A stretch of 55,767 bases of DNA from a virus (IMGVR_UViG_3300021197_000751:1-55767), one strand, 5' to 3'; positions 26,300 through 36,919 are shown, numbered from the stretch's first letter. The notes: generated by a model from the letters alone, not told the origin. Program-made: numbers and translations.

Positions 26300-29200
26300 T
26301 CAAACGCGCGGTTTGCTTATGGTGATGTTTCCTTTGTTATCTGTAATGGCTTCTTCGCCCGCAGTAGTGCGAATAACCTTTTCTTTTTTGTCAGTTTTAG
26401 CGGGCTTCTCTTTGTAATCGCGCGATGCAGGGTCAAAGTCCGGTAGCGTATCATCGTTCATGTTGGTAGTTGGTCCTCGCGGGGACTCAACATCTGCATC
26501 TGCGTAATCAACCCCAAGACCTTCTACACCTGTGTATGTGATTTTCTCTTTCTTCAATCGCTCAAGACCGCGCTCAAGGAGTTCAAGACCTTGTTTGATA
26601 ATCTCTTCTTCTTTTGGAAGTATTTTTTTCCGTTCCTTTGTGTGACCTGCGGGTGCTTCGGGGTCTACCTTTTTACTCTTGTAGCGCTTCGGAGTATTCA
26701 CGGCTTTTTCTTGGTCTTTCTTGAGAAGTATAGTCGCTATTGGCGACCAATGAGGGCGCATATCTTCGGATAGTTTGATGAAGTAATCTTCTCCATGACC
26801 CCATAGAGTCCTTTGAGGTTCAAGCATCCACCCACCTTCTTCTCTATCGACTTTGTAAATGACTTCATCATCAAGTGATGGAAACAGAATGTGTATAGCG
26901 CCTTTATTCAATCTAACTTTGTGGGGTATTTTTGAATCGCTACACATCAAACTTAGCGATTCAACACTATCTGCGGCTTGAGGATGTGCATCTCGGTCAA
27001 CTCTTGCCGAGCGCAATTTGTATGTAGGGTTCTCATCACCCGCTTTTGTAGCACCTGTGCAAAATACGGAGATGTATTCGCCTTTGTCATACCCTCTTGG
27101 GCCTTTAGCGCTACCAACATCCATGTAGTGTTGACCATTCAACTCTACTGAACGCGAACCGTAATGTTCGGGATGCATAATTGGACCAACACCGATACGA
27201 TAATTCATTCCTTTACGGTCAAGAATAATCACATCAATCTTCTTTTCTTTACTCAAAAGAATCCACTTAGGGTGTCGTATCTCCCCTCTCATGTATGTAG
27301 CCGATGCATCGCGTAGCAGTATATCACAAGAAGATTCTTCGCGTAATAGATGAATTGCTTCTTCTAACCCTTCGTCATCCGCGCGCTTTGTGTTATACGG
27401 TTCGGGCATTTTGATATGTTCGGATGATTCAAAGTGTGCGCGTAAATGCCTAACTCGGTCTTTAGCGGGCATGTTGTGAGTTTTCTCATCTGCCGCCTCA
27501 AGTAAGTCAATGAAGTAAAGCATATCTCCATCAATTACTGCATGAACAACAAAGTCTTTTTCGTTGACTTTGCTCATCTCATCATCTATATCTTCGGTTA
27601 ATTCAACCAACTTCATATCCGCATTATACGCTTTCACACGCTTACCTTTCTTTTGGAGTATAATTGGTTCACCTTTAGGAATATGCGACGCTACCCAATC
27701 ACCGCTAAACCCGCGTAGATGTTTCAAGTCGCTGTAATCAAAGATTCTGTGCATTGATTTTACAGGAACAGGGCGACCGTCCTTCTTGTAAATGAGCGTA
27801 TCGTCGGTTAATGAGTCAAGAAGTTCAATGTCGGACCTGTTTAACATTTGACCCGACCCCATATCGTTGAACACAGGAAAGTTGCTATTAACACTTTCAC
27901 CGGGAATACCGGATGGTTGCATAGCGACAGGTGGATATAGCGTATTCCCATCTGCTGATATATCGTATTGTGGCAATTCCGGGTGAAACTCACGAAGCGC
28001 GTAAGGGTCCATTCTCATCCTCATATTTGATTCACCTTGATGATAATCACCATTATCGTCATGAACTATGAGTCTGTTCTCTCTCAATCCGTGTGTAGCG
28101 ATTCTCCTTGAAGGTCGAATAACATGACCAAAAGTTCTGTTTGCTTTAGGGCAAGTATGAACAGCAGGTAATTGTATTTCATTAACACCAACACCGCCTG
28201 TTCCAACAGGCTCAAACTGTGTGTTGATTTTACCTGCTTCGTTAGTGACACCTTTTACATCACCTTTCAAACGCTCAATGAAATTACCGAATCTTTCTGT
28301 TAGATTTTCAAATCCCTTATCGCCTGTGTCTTTCTTCAAAGGTGCTGTCTTATGCGGAACTGCTTCGATAGCGTTAGCGCTACCTTTGGATTGCTTAAGC
28401 AGGGCGCGATACACTTTGTTTAGCGCGTGTATTTCCGAATACATAGAATAATTAACATTCCCTGCAACTTTAGGTCGCCCTGCGATTTTAATTCCTTCAC
28501 CGCCACTCATCAAAGGTGTATATTCATCGAGTTCGGCTTCATGATGGTGTCCTCCTTTAGCCGATTTGTAATTGTAAGCCCTTTGACCGTCACCTAAACC
28601 AAACTCCTTAACTGAACCAATAGGTAATTCTTGCATTAAGTTTTGACCGCCCGTATCAATCATTTTACCCTCTTCGTCTTTCTCGCGACCTTTAGCGCGA
28701 TGAGGTATATATCGAGCATGTAGAACATCTGCAAAGTCTTGAGGTGTAGCGTTCTTAGGTAATACGCGACTTACTTCATCAAAGATTTTCTTCACTAATT
28801 CATTTTTCTCATGAGGTGGGTAATGGCTTGAGTCCAATTCACCATTGACATATCTTTGCATCATACTCATGACTGATTTATCATCATCATCCATCTCTAT
28901 GTTGCGTCGAATGTCGCCACCTTGCCATGTCTGCCTTTGTAGCGGCATAGTCACATCCTTTGTGATTCTGTTGATACGCGACTCAATAGCGGCAGGTTTC
29001 ATACCTTGATTCTCAAAATGAGACTTTAGGATATTCATAACCGATTCACTTTGCCCGCCATCGCGCGAAGACTGAACCCTTGCATTCTTTATCCAATTCT
29101 TTCTCTCTTCGGGGTTTAATGTTCTCATCCATGTTTCGCATAGATGCGCGAGCATCTTGGTATCAGCCCATGCTTGATTTGCAAGTTTAGGTGTGTGAGT

Positions 29201-32200
29201 TTGAAACATATCGGGGTTAGCCCATTTCAACAAAGGCTTCATTATTTGACTTGCCGCTACTGCTTGAGCATGCATCTCTTGCGCATCGTCCAAGTAGTTT
29301 TTGCGTAATTCGTCTTCTGTGATTTCGGGCATTTCACCTACTTCGTCCACAACATGTCGTGCCTGTTCAGTTGCTAATTTTTCAAAATTAACTGCGCTTT
29401 CTGTGCGTCCATGTTTGTGTTCTATTCTTGCGTATCTTCTTAAATCCGATAGCGCATCTTGATAATGTGATAAAGGGTTAGGCGCGACAATATATTGCTT
29501 TCCTTCACCGTAATACCCTGTAAAGTTAGGCTTCTCCATCACATCATTACGCAATCTGTTCCTTTCAGCGAAACCTAATTCCGAAACATTTGAACCGTTT
29601 GAAGATTGATGAAAACTACCACCGTCGCTATTTGTAGCCATCAACTCTTGTTCTAACTCTCTTCTACTGTCGATGTTATCTTTTAGAGTGTCCGGCAATC
29701 GAAGAACACCTCCGTCTTCATGAAAGCGTTTCATTGCCGCCTCATATTCGTCTTTGTCATAAACCGCTATTTTTGCATTGAATGGGTTATCGTCTTTGGT
29801 AGCGCTAAGTAATTCATTTTGATATATTTCACCTGCGTCTTCACCTCTACCTAACGGGTCGCGATGTTTGGTTTTGTAGACTGTATGTGGCATGGTTTGT
29901 TTTTCATGATGAGTTGAATGGTCCTCTTCGCTATAATTGTCAATACCGTGATGTGCTTGAAAGAGTAAAGTGTGCATCATGAGCATACGGTTGTATGCAT
30001 CATCTTTGCTTACTTCGGATGAATGAACGCTTTGTTTCTTTTTTCCCATTACACCTTTACTTGGGCTGTGTCTTTCAATACCTCTTACATCGCGACCAAA
30101 TGTTGAATCTCCAACCCGTCTTAGCGTTGCGCCGTCTGCGTCTTTTTTTGCACGACTCTTAGAAACCCCACCTAATGTATTCGATATAAGTCGCGCATGT
30201 CTCATTGCTAAGATGCTGTCACTTGGTCGGTTTTCATTCTCTAAATCTCTCACCCAATGGTGATTGTAATCTGCTGAAAAGTGGTTGGGGTTCCTTTGAT
30301 TCTCATCATGCGATAGTAGCGGTGTAATGAGTCCGGCATGTCCGGCTGTGACAGGGGATGATGTTTGTTGATAACCACCAACATATTCAACAAGACCCAT
30401 TTCCGGTAATTTATCCTCCATGTATTCTTCTTCGTCAACATCTTCTGCTTGTGTAGCGGTTGGATTTCTACCCACTCCTTGCGGGAATGGAACTCGGACA
30501 GACTTACCTTCTTCGTATTGTGCTAACAATTCATCCTGTTCAGCCTCACTCATTTCTGCGCGCCTCATAGCCGCAATCAAATCCTGTTTGATGTTCGTGT
30601 GCGCGGGGTCATCGGGTTTAGATTGAAACACATCTTGAAACAAAGTAGGTTTCATGTAAGAAGAACCTAAACTATCAACAGTATTTTTCACAGAAGGTAG
30701 AACTCTTTCGCGCATTTCATCATCAATCATTGGTTCTTCTTGAGTGACAAAGACAGAAGGGAATGCTTCATTCACAGCATCGTCAAAGTGTGACCACTCT
30801 TCACCATACGCGCCTTGCAGATTACCGATAGCGTGACTCATGTAATACAGAAGTGTTTTATCCAACTCCGGCACACCTTTCAAGGGGTCGAAGAAATGGT
30901 CTTTCAACTTGTAAATGTGTTTAGAGTTATTCAAGAACTCCTTATTATCCGCTGTTGAGCCTTTCTCGCCATAGATTTGTGCAAATTGATTCATAACTTG
31001 TCTCAAATCTTTTTCATCTAACGCAGTATGATAATTCGGGGTATCTTCACCTTCACCTATATCGTCAAGTAGCGTAGCATCTTCGTTGGTAGAAGAAGGC
31101 AAACTTGCGAGAACATCGTTTTGCATCTCTCGCGTGATACCTGCTTCATCAATAAGCGCTATTACATCCTCGTCTTGGAGGTTTTCATTTCCCACCCCTA
31201 TTTTTAGTAATTTCTGTTTGAAGTCTTTATTGCGCATCATATCTTGCTGACCGCGCGTTTGACCAACTGTTCCTCCGGGTAATGAGTTGAAACCGGATGT
31301 GCCGACATTGCCCGAATAGACACCATGTAGCGCGTTAGCAAAAACAGAAGTATGTCTTGTGAGAAACCCTCTTGCATTATGCCCTAATATCCTGTTGATT
31401 TCTTTATCATCAAAGCGAGGATTAGTCATTTCGTAGTTAACATCATCTATATGACCTGCGCCATCTAAGAACCATTCCGAGAACTTTATCTTGTCTTCGT
31501 AATCAATAAGAGGTATGCCAAAATACATCATCCAAAATCCCGAACGGTATTTAGCGCTATCTCTTGACTCACTCTTCGCCTTCAATCGCTTCGTATTCTC
31601 TTGCTCTATCCTTCCGCCTTCACCATACAGGTTATCCCAAATGTAATCATCGGGAACTCCGCGCAACTCCCATATCTTGTGTTGAAAGAAGTGATTTTTT
31701 AATTGTGAGTTCACCAACAAGTTTCGTGCATTCTCATCACTTTTGTATGTGCCATTTTCCTTTCTGTTTTTGATGACGGCTTTCAGTCTATCTTCATTGA
31801 TGGTTAATGATGTGAACTTATCATTGAACTTATCCCTATACTTGCGAAAGTTGTCTACATATTGTTTGTTATATCCTGCTTCGTTAGCGGAATTAGACCA
31901 TTTACCCATGTTTTGAGATTGAGCCAATCTTGGCTTGATACCCATATCAGCCATAGCGCTATCCATCAGTTTGCGCGTAGGTTCACCATCCATTTTACCG
32001 TTAAAGATGGATTGAATCATTTGAACCATCATCGGAGAAGAAGAGTTGGATGAAGCGAATGATGATTGAGAGTGAGTGAGATTTAAGTGACGGAAAGGGT
32101 GTTCTTCTGCGTCGGGTGCGCTACCTTCACGCGGTTTTGTTGGTATATCCCAACTCAAAAAACGCTGTGCGAGTTCTCTTCTGCGTTCGGGGTTAGGGTT

Positions 32201-32545
32201 TTTACCATTAGGTGAACAATCGTGCCAATCATCAAAGTCAAACATTAGTATCGCTTCTTTAGGATGCTTTTGACCTCTTGTGACATCTTGACTACGCGTG
32301 TTGATAATGTTGGCTTGCTCTCTACGGGGTAAATCACCACTTGTGACTGTCGCGATTTTGGCTTTCGCTAAGTAATTTTCAATATCGTGAATAAAAGACG
32401 GAACAAAAAGTCCATGATTCTCTAAATTGTTTGCGCTAAACATCACATCTGCGGCTTCATTGAGCGCAGAATAACCTTCAAAATATGATTTGAGAAAAAG
32501 GTCTATCGTGCGCGTATGATATTGTGTAGGACTGTCTTTTGACAC
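26300..32545 (-). CDS. 2081-aa probable virion protein with a C-terminal degenerate ATP-dependent DNA ligase-like domain
   Basis: Ligase-like motif order at about 26955-27775: WVASHIPKGEP, LYFIDLL, MPAKDRVRHL, DILLRD..ATYMRGEIRHPKW, and an OB-like IDVIILD...YMDVGS. GTG start with GAGGTGGTG SD. Confidence 0.75.
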   Translation of the reverse strand: MSKDSPTQYHTRTIDLFLKSYFEGYSALNEAADVMFSANNLENHGLFVPSFIHDIENYLAKAKIATVTSGDLPRREQANIINTRSQDVTRGQKHPKEAILMFDFDDWHDCSPNGKNPNPERRRELAQRFLSWDIPTKPREGSAPDAEEHPFRHLNLTHSQSSFASSNSSSPMMVQMIQSIFNGKMDGEPTRKLMDSAMADMGIKPRLAQSQNMGKWSNSANEAGYNKQYVDNFRKYRDKFNDKFTSLTINEDRLKAVIKNRKENGTYKSDENARNLLVNSQLKNHFFQHKIWELRGVPDDYIWDNLYGEGGRIEQENTKRLKAKSESRDSAKYRSGFWMMYFGIPLIDYEDKIKFSEWFLDGAGHIDDVNYEMTNPRFDDKEINRILGHNARGFLTRHTSVFANALHGVYSGNVGTSGFNSLPGGTVGQTRGQQDMMRNKDFKQKLLKIGVGNENLQDEDVIALIDEAGITREMQNDVLASLPSSTNEDATLLDDIGEGEDTPNYHTALDEKDLRQVMNQFAQIYGEKGSTADNKEFLNNSKHIYKLKDHFFDPLKGVPELDKTLLYYMSHAIGNLQGAYGEEWSHFDDAVNEAFPSVFVTQEEPMIDDEMRERVLPSVKNTVDSLGSSYMKPTLFQDVFQSKPDDPAHTNIKQDLIAAMRRAEMSEAEQDELLAQYEEGKSVRVPFPQGVGRNPTATQAEDVDEEEYMEDKLPEMGLVEYVGGYQQTSSPVTAGHAGLITPLLSHDENQRNPNHFSADYNHHWVRDLENENRPSDSILAMRHARLISNTLGGVSKSRAKKDADGATLRRVGDSTFGRDVRGIERHSPSKGVMGKKKQSVHSSEVSKDDAYNRMLMMHTLLFQAHHGIDNYSEEDHSTHHEKQTMPHTVYKTKHRDPLGRGEDAGEIYQNELLSATKDDNPFNAKIAVYDKDEYEAAMKRFHEDGGVLRLPDTLKDNIDSRRELEQELMATNSDGGSFHQSSNGSNVSELGFAERNRLRNDVMEKPNFTGYYGEGKQYIVAPNPLSHYQDALSDLRRYARIEHKHGRTESAVNFEKLATEQARHVVDEVGEMPEITEDELRKNYLDDAQEMHAQAVAASQIMKPLLKWANPDMFQTHTPKLANQAWADTKMLAHLCETWMRTLNPEERKNWIKNARVQSSRDGGQSESVMNILKSHFENQGMKPAAIESRINRITKDVTMPLQRQTWQGGDIRRNIEMDDDDKSVMSMMQRYVNGELDSSHYPPHEKNELVKKIFDEVSRVLPKNATPQDFADVLHARYIPHRAKGREKDEEGKMIDTGGQNLMQELPIGSVKEFGLGDGQRAYNYKSAKGGHHHEAELDEYTPLMSGGEGIKIAGRPKVAGNVNYSMYSEIHALNKVYRALLKQSKGSANAIEAVPHKTAPLKKDTGDKGFENLTERFGNFIERLKGDVKGVTNEAGKINTQFEPVGTGGVGVNEIQLPAVHTCPKANRTFGHVIRPSRRIATHGLRENRLIVHDDNGDYHQGESNMRMRMDPYALREFHPELPQYDISADGNTLYPPVAMQPSGIPGESVNSNFPVFNDMGSGQMLNRSDIELLDSLTDDTLIYKKDGRPVPVKSMHRIFDYSDLKHLRGFSGDWVASHIPKGEPIILQKKGKRVKAYNADMKLVELTEDIDDEMSKVNEKDFVVHAVIDGDMLYFIDLLEAADEKTHNMPAKDRVRHLRAHFESSEHIKMPEPYNTKRADDEGLEEAIHLLREESSCDILLRDASATYMRGEIRHPKWILLSKEKKIDVIILDRKGMNYRIGVGPIMHPEHYGSRSVELNGQHYMDVGSAKGPRGYDKGEYISVFCTGATKAGDENPTYKLRSARVDRDAHPQAADSVESLSLMCSDSKIPHKVRLNKGAIHILFPSLDDEVIYKVDREEGGWMLEPQRTLWGHGEDYFIKLSEDMRPHWSPIATILLKKDQEKAVNTPKRYKSKKVDPEAPAGHTKERKKILPKEEEIIKQGLELLERGLERLKKEKITYTGVEGLGVDYADADVESPRGPTTNMNDDTLPDFDPASRDYKEKPAKTDKKEKVIRTTAGEEAITDNKGNITISKPRV

Positions 32546-32557
32546 ACAATCACCACC

Positions 32558-32896
32558 TCAATAGTAATCGGTCATTGTGTATGCACCCGGAGGATTCTTA
32601 TCCGATTTATCCCCTGCTGTGTTTTCATGTGCAGACAATGCATCGTCGTGAGATGAATGTTGCATAGCATCCAAGTTGACTTCTTCTTTCTTTGGTTCTG
32701 TTCGCTTAACATCGTCTACTACAATGTGGCGTTGGTTAGTATCGAAATAGCCTGTTTTAACAGCCTCGACACCTGTGACATTTTGGAACAAGTTGCCTAC
32801 TTTCGTATCAAACTTGTCTGCAACAACTTTTGCTTCTTTGAGTAGCGCTTCTAAATCCGGTGCTTTTTCACCTGCTTCAACTTTCATTGGCTTCAT
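32558..32896 (-). CDS. Hypothetical head-module protein
   Basis: 112 aa, overlaps the upstream gene. Confidence 0.75.
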   Translation of the reverse strand: MKPMKVEAGEKAPDLEALLKEAKVVADKFDTKVGNLFQNVTGVEAVKTGYFDTNQRHIVVDDVKRTEPKKEEVNLDAMQHSSHDDALSAHENTAGDKSDKNPPGAYTMTDYY

Positions 32897-33243
32897 TGGT
32901 CCACTCTCCTACCTTCTGCTTGTGCGGCTGTGTTAGCCATTGCGTGAATATCATCCCATGACATTTCATGCCATTCTTCATTTGAAGACGGCATAGCGAT
33001 ACCGTTCATAGATTCACTAATTTCTTCTGCGGCTTTAGAGATAACATTGTCGCGCTCTCCACGAAGAGGGTCGCCCCAAACATCTTCACTTGCAGGAGTG
33101 ACGGCTTTAACAAAACCCGACTTTCGCAACATTGCTTGAGGGTTAGATACTTGCTTTCGCAACATACCTAACTCGGCATCCATAGCCTCCATTTTACCAA
33201 TAAGGGCTTTCATCAAAAGCATAGCGTCTGCTTCATCGGGCAA
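32893..33243 (-). CDS. Small scaffold-like protein
   Basis: N-terminal coiled coil. C-terminal MSWDDIHAMA matches the protease/scaffold C-terminus MSWDDVHRMA. Confidence 0.7.
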   Translation of the reverse strand: MPDEADAMLLMKALIGKMEAMDAELGMLRKQVSNPQAMLRKSGFVKAVTPASEDVWGDPLRGERDNVISKAAEEISESMNGIAMPSSNEEWHEMSWDDIHAMANTAAQAEGRRVDQ

Positions 33244-33246
33244 GTT

Positions 33247-33588
33247 TCACACCTGCCCTTGCTTCTTGAAAACGCCACCAATTCTATCCGGGCCAACATA
33301 GCCCAAAGGTCGCGATTCTCCTTTAGCAATGACATTTTCGATACTGTTGAACTGCATTACAGGAACACCGCCCGCGTATCGGTCATTGATTCCTGTAATC
33401 TTAACTTCGTTTTGTGATTTGTAAATAGCGGTCACATCATCAGCGAGGTAATCGCTTGTTGTTTGAATACTTCGCAAAAACTGTTCTGCTGATACAAGGT
33501 CATTGTTTGATAGCGCAACTTTGAACTCGGCCATAGCCGTTTCTAATTTGCGCACCATCGGGTCCATCTTGTTAAGAGAGTCGCTCAT
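33247..33588 (-). CDS. Hypothetical head-module protein
   Basis: Helical ORF after the portal gene. Likely start is MSDSLNK. Confidence 0.7.
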   Translation of the reverse strand: MSDSLNKMDPMVRKLETAMAEFKVALSNNDLVSAEQFLRSIQTTSDYLADDVTAIYKSQNEVKITGINDRYAGGVPVMQFNSIENVIAKGESRPLGYVGPDRIGGVFKKQGQV

Positions 33589-33629
33589 AACTAAGGCCAT
33601 TACCGCGCGACCTTTCAATGTATCGCTTA

Positions 33630-35498
33630 TCAAAACCCACTTTCTTGATTCTTACTCGTAGGGTCTTTTGCGGCTTCTACTGCGTCAAGTGCTTGCTCGG
33701 TGACAGTCTTTTCCGAACCTCTTTGATTCTTCTTAGATGATGGCGCGCCACTCAAATGTGTTTCGGATGAAATAGGTGCAGGTCCGTTGTCGCGTTGCCC
33801 TGTGCCTTCACCAAGTCCCGCTACACCGCCTTTTTCCATCATCATAATTTGACCTCCGGGTGGCGCTCCGCCTTGTGGTGGTAGCCCCCCGCCACCTTGA
33901 GGCATCATCGCACCGCCCATTGGAGGTGAGCCTTGTTGTGGAGGTGGCATTGGCATACCGCCTCCCGGCATTGGAGGTGGCATACCGCCCGGTGGTGGGT
34001 TGCCGGTAGGTGGCATTGGTGGTGCGCCGCCGCCACCTGCGGCGTTAGGGTCTTGTTGTGGTTGAGGTTCGGGTTTCTTGTAAGTGAAACGAATATCGCT
34101 ACCTGCACCTTCTGTGAGTTCTGCTTCAAATCCAAGTTGTTGCATACGCTGTGCGATGTTAACTTCTTGCTCATCGCGTCGTAGTCTTGTCACATCATCT
34201 TCTTCTTCGTTAGGGTAAAGAGTTAATTCCCAATCTTCAACACCCATCTCGTTTAGCAAACGCGGGAATATATTTTTAGCATATATTTTTTGTCCGTATT
34301 CAACAGCGCGATTTGTGACAAGGATTTGCATTCCTTCATTGTTTAGTCCGCCGGATTTACCCGCGTCCATCATAAAAATACTTGAAACACCATAGAAAGC
34401 GGCTATACGCATTCTTACTTCATCGCGGATTTGAGAATACTGCATCTCATCAAGACTATCCATGAAGCGAACGAACTCAACTTTACCGCGACCGGACGCT
34501 GATTCAATACCAACTTTAGGTATGTAATGCGGGTCGCGTTCCATCTTCTCTTCTGCCCCCTTCCAAAAAGAAGCAGTAGATTGAATGTTATCGGTGGTGA
34601 TTGCAAGAATACCGCGAGGGATTCTTCGCTTTTGATATGCAAGATAAATGTAATTATCCATAGCGGTGAGAGTTTGCGCTTGTCTCCACATAGTAGCGAC
34701 AGGGCTACGACCATACAGTTTAGATGGATTGTATTTGCTTGTGTGAATTATTTCTCCGTCGATGTAGTATTGTGTTTTACCGCTACCTGCTGTATTGATG
34801 AAATGAACATCTTGAAGAGGTAATCCGCATCCTTCTACATCGCAATTGTGATGGTCGCCATTATGCGGATATGTTTTATCGCGATGAACAGGACATATGA
34901 GATACCTGCCACCTCTTGCTCCGCGCTTATCAGCAACTATTCTCATGAATGTGGGGTCGCCTCTCATGATTTCTTTAATTCGCATAAACGATATTTCTCC
35001 ATTATCGGGGTCGATGAAATACTCTTTGATGAGGATAAGGAAACAATCATCAACAATATCTAAATCCCATTCAATTTCACGCATAACATCCATGAATGAT
35101 TGGTCCATACTGTTTCTTTGGTCTAAGAACCAACGCGGGTAGAGTATTTCGTCAACATCGGGAGAAGCAAACTCCGTATTCCCGCATAAACGACATTCGG
35201 TTATTGTATCGTGTTGGTATTCTTCTCCACAGTTTGTGCATTTCTTGTGAAACTTCTTCTCCCAATAATGCCCGCGTCTAAATACTTCTTGACAAAGTGT
35301 GTTAATCGTAGTTCTCAAAACAACGGATTCTTGGACTGTTGCGTATAGAGCAGGAATACTTACACCTTGAACAAGAACAGGTTCTTGAATACCGCTTTTC
35401 CATAGCGGCATAATAGGTTCGGGAGTTGTTCGTCGTCGGAATGGTTTAGACAGCGATGATAGGAATCGGCCAACAACGCCTTTTTTCTCTTCAACCAT
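33630..35498 (-). CDS. Portal protein with Zn-ribbon insertions and a Pro/Gly-rich tail
   Basis: YGRSPV, IPRGIL and RIAAFYGVSSIFM are HK97-family portal patterns. Lies between TerL and the protease. Confidence 0.9.
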   Translation of the reverse strand: MVEEKKGVVGRFLSSLSKPFRRRTTPEPIMPLWKSGIQEPVLVQGVSIPALYATVQESVVLRTTINTLCQEVFRRGHYWEKKFHKKCTNCGEEYQHDTITECRLCGNTEFASPDVDEILYPRWFLDQRNSMDQSFMDVMREIEWDLDIVDDCFLILIKEYFIDPDNGEISFMRIKEIMRGDPTFMRIVADKRGARGGRYLICPVHRDKTYPHNGDHHNCDVEGCGLPLQDVHFINTAGSGKTQYYIDGEIIHTSKYNPSKLYGRSPVATMWRQAQTLTAMDNYIYLAYQKRRIPRGILAITTDNIQSTASFWKGAEEKMERDPHYIPKVGIESASGRGKVEFVRFMDSLDEMQYSQIRDEVRMRIAAFYGVSSIFMMDAGKSGGLNNEGMQILVTNRAVEYGQKIYAKNIFPRLLNEMGVEDWELTLYPNEEEDDVTRLRRDEQEVNIAQRMQQLGFEAELTEGAGSDIRFTYKKPEPQPQQDPNAAGGGGAPPMPPTGNPPPGGMPPPMPGGGMPMPPPQQGSPPMGGAMMPQGGGGLPPQGGAPPGGQIMMMEKGGVAGLGEGTGQRDNGPAPISSETHLSGAPSSKKNQRGSEKTVTEQALDAVEAAKDPTSKNQESGF

Positions 35499-36919
35499 TA
35501 AATCAGCCTCTCTATACGGTGAATGTCGTCCACAAGGCGGATAACTTCATTGTCCCGTTGTCCCCATGCAAGGACTTCATGCTCTTCAACTTTCCACTCT
35601 CGGAGTAGTTTGTCGCGCTCTTCGGGAACATCCTTCCAATTTTCCCACTTAACAACACGGTATAATTCATCTCTTCTTGACTTCACTATGTCGCTTTTTC
35701 GTCCGCGCATATCAAGCAGTTCTAAGACCGCTTTGGCTTGACCTTTCTTCATTTGAAGATGTGGTGAAATACCTTTGAGTAATTTGCGTAAATCATCAGC
35801 ACCGTAGAATTGAAGCCTGTGCTGTGTGCGCTTGCTATTCTTGTGTATTTTCAAATCAGTTTGAAGAACTCCACACCCAAGAGATTTATGCAATTGTTCA
35901 CAATGCAATTTACCTCTACCTCCTGTCGCTACAAATCCTGCTCTTGGTTCTCCGCGCTTAGTGATTGTGATATACCCGTCAGCGTCGAGGAAACCTGCGG
36001 CGTAAGCCCAAATATCTTTGACGATAACCATATCATTACGAACTATTCCGTAGTTTGTTCCAATCTTCTCAATATCAAACTCTATTCCATGCGTTTTCAG
36101 CATGGATGCCATTTTCCTTATCGTTAGATGCTTTGGTGAACCTATTGAATTGTAAATCTCATTTGAAGATAGCGGACCTCTATCTGTTAGCAAGTTTGCC
36201 GATTGTGTTAGCCATATAGCCTCTTGCTTCTTAATTGCGTCAATTGGATGTAGCGCCTTTTTCCATTGAGATTTAGCATCCTTTCTCATCTGTCTTGAAT
36301 CGAGCCATATTTGCAACTGCTCTTCATTGAAGTCACCTTCGACTTGTGATAATTTTGTTATTACATCATTGGCTTTTTCCCACATAGCGCATGCTCTTCG
36401 TAATGATACTTCGCGCGATACACCATGTTTCCTCAAAGCGTGAAGGTTTCTGTCGGAAACCCCAAGAGCGCGTATAGATGAGAGATGATTGTCAGCCCAC
36501 GGAAGAGATTTCAATGTTGATTCTACTTCTTCTCGCTTAGCGATTCTTATTGCGTTGATTGCAAGGTCAATGTCATCTCGCATATCCTTTCTTTCGCGAC
36601 GAGCCATTCGTAATTCCTTAACCATTGATTCAGCATCTTTACCAAACATTGATTGAAACCACCCGTTGTGAGGCATAGCGCTTTTGAGTTGTTGAGTTGG
36701 CTGAACGCTTTGTTGAGCGACAACCTCCTGTATTTTCTTCTTCTCTTCTTCTTGCTCTTGAGCATCCGGTTGAGATGCGACGCTTGGTGCGGATAATTCA
36801 CCTTCGCCTTGTGATTGTGTCGCGGGTGCATCTCCTATATTAGCAGAAGAAATAGAGCCACTTGCTTTACGCAAAATAGCGTCTATCTCTTCGTCCTTTA
36901 GGATTGAACCCGTCCACAT
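35498..36919 (-). CDS. Fusion protein: helical N-terminus, possible wHTH, and a C-terminal single-motif LAGLIDADG domain
   Basis: WAYAAGFLDADGYITI, LGCGVL and LKGISPHLQMKKGQA follow the LAGLIDADG pattern. Confidence 0.8.
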   Translation of the reverse strand: MWTGSILKDEEIDAILRKASGSISSANIGDAPATQSQGEGELSAPSVASQPDAQEQEEEKKKIQEVVAQQSVQPTQQLKSAMPHNGWFQSMFGKDAESMVKELRMARRERKDMRDDIDLAINAIRIAKREEVESTLKSLPWADNHLSSIRALGVSDRNLHALRKHGVSREVSLRRACAMWEKANDVITKLSQVEGDFNEEQLQIWLDSRQMRKDAKSQWKKALHPIDAIKKQEAIWLTQSANLLTDRGPLSSNEIYNSIGSPKHLTIRKMASMLKTHGIEFDIEKIGTNYGIVRNDMVIVKDIWAYAAGFLDADGYITITKRGEPRAGFVATGGRGKLHCEQLHKSLGCGVLQTDLKIHKNSKRTQHRLQFYGADDLRKLLKGISPHLQMKKGQAKAVLELLDMRGRKSDIVKSRRDELYRVVKWENWKDVPEERDKLLREWKVEEHEVLAWGQRDNEVIRLVDDIHRIERLI

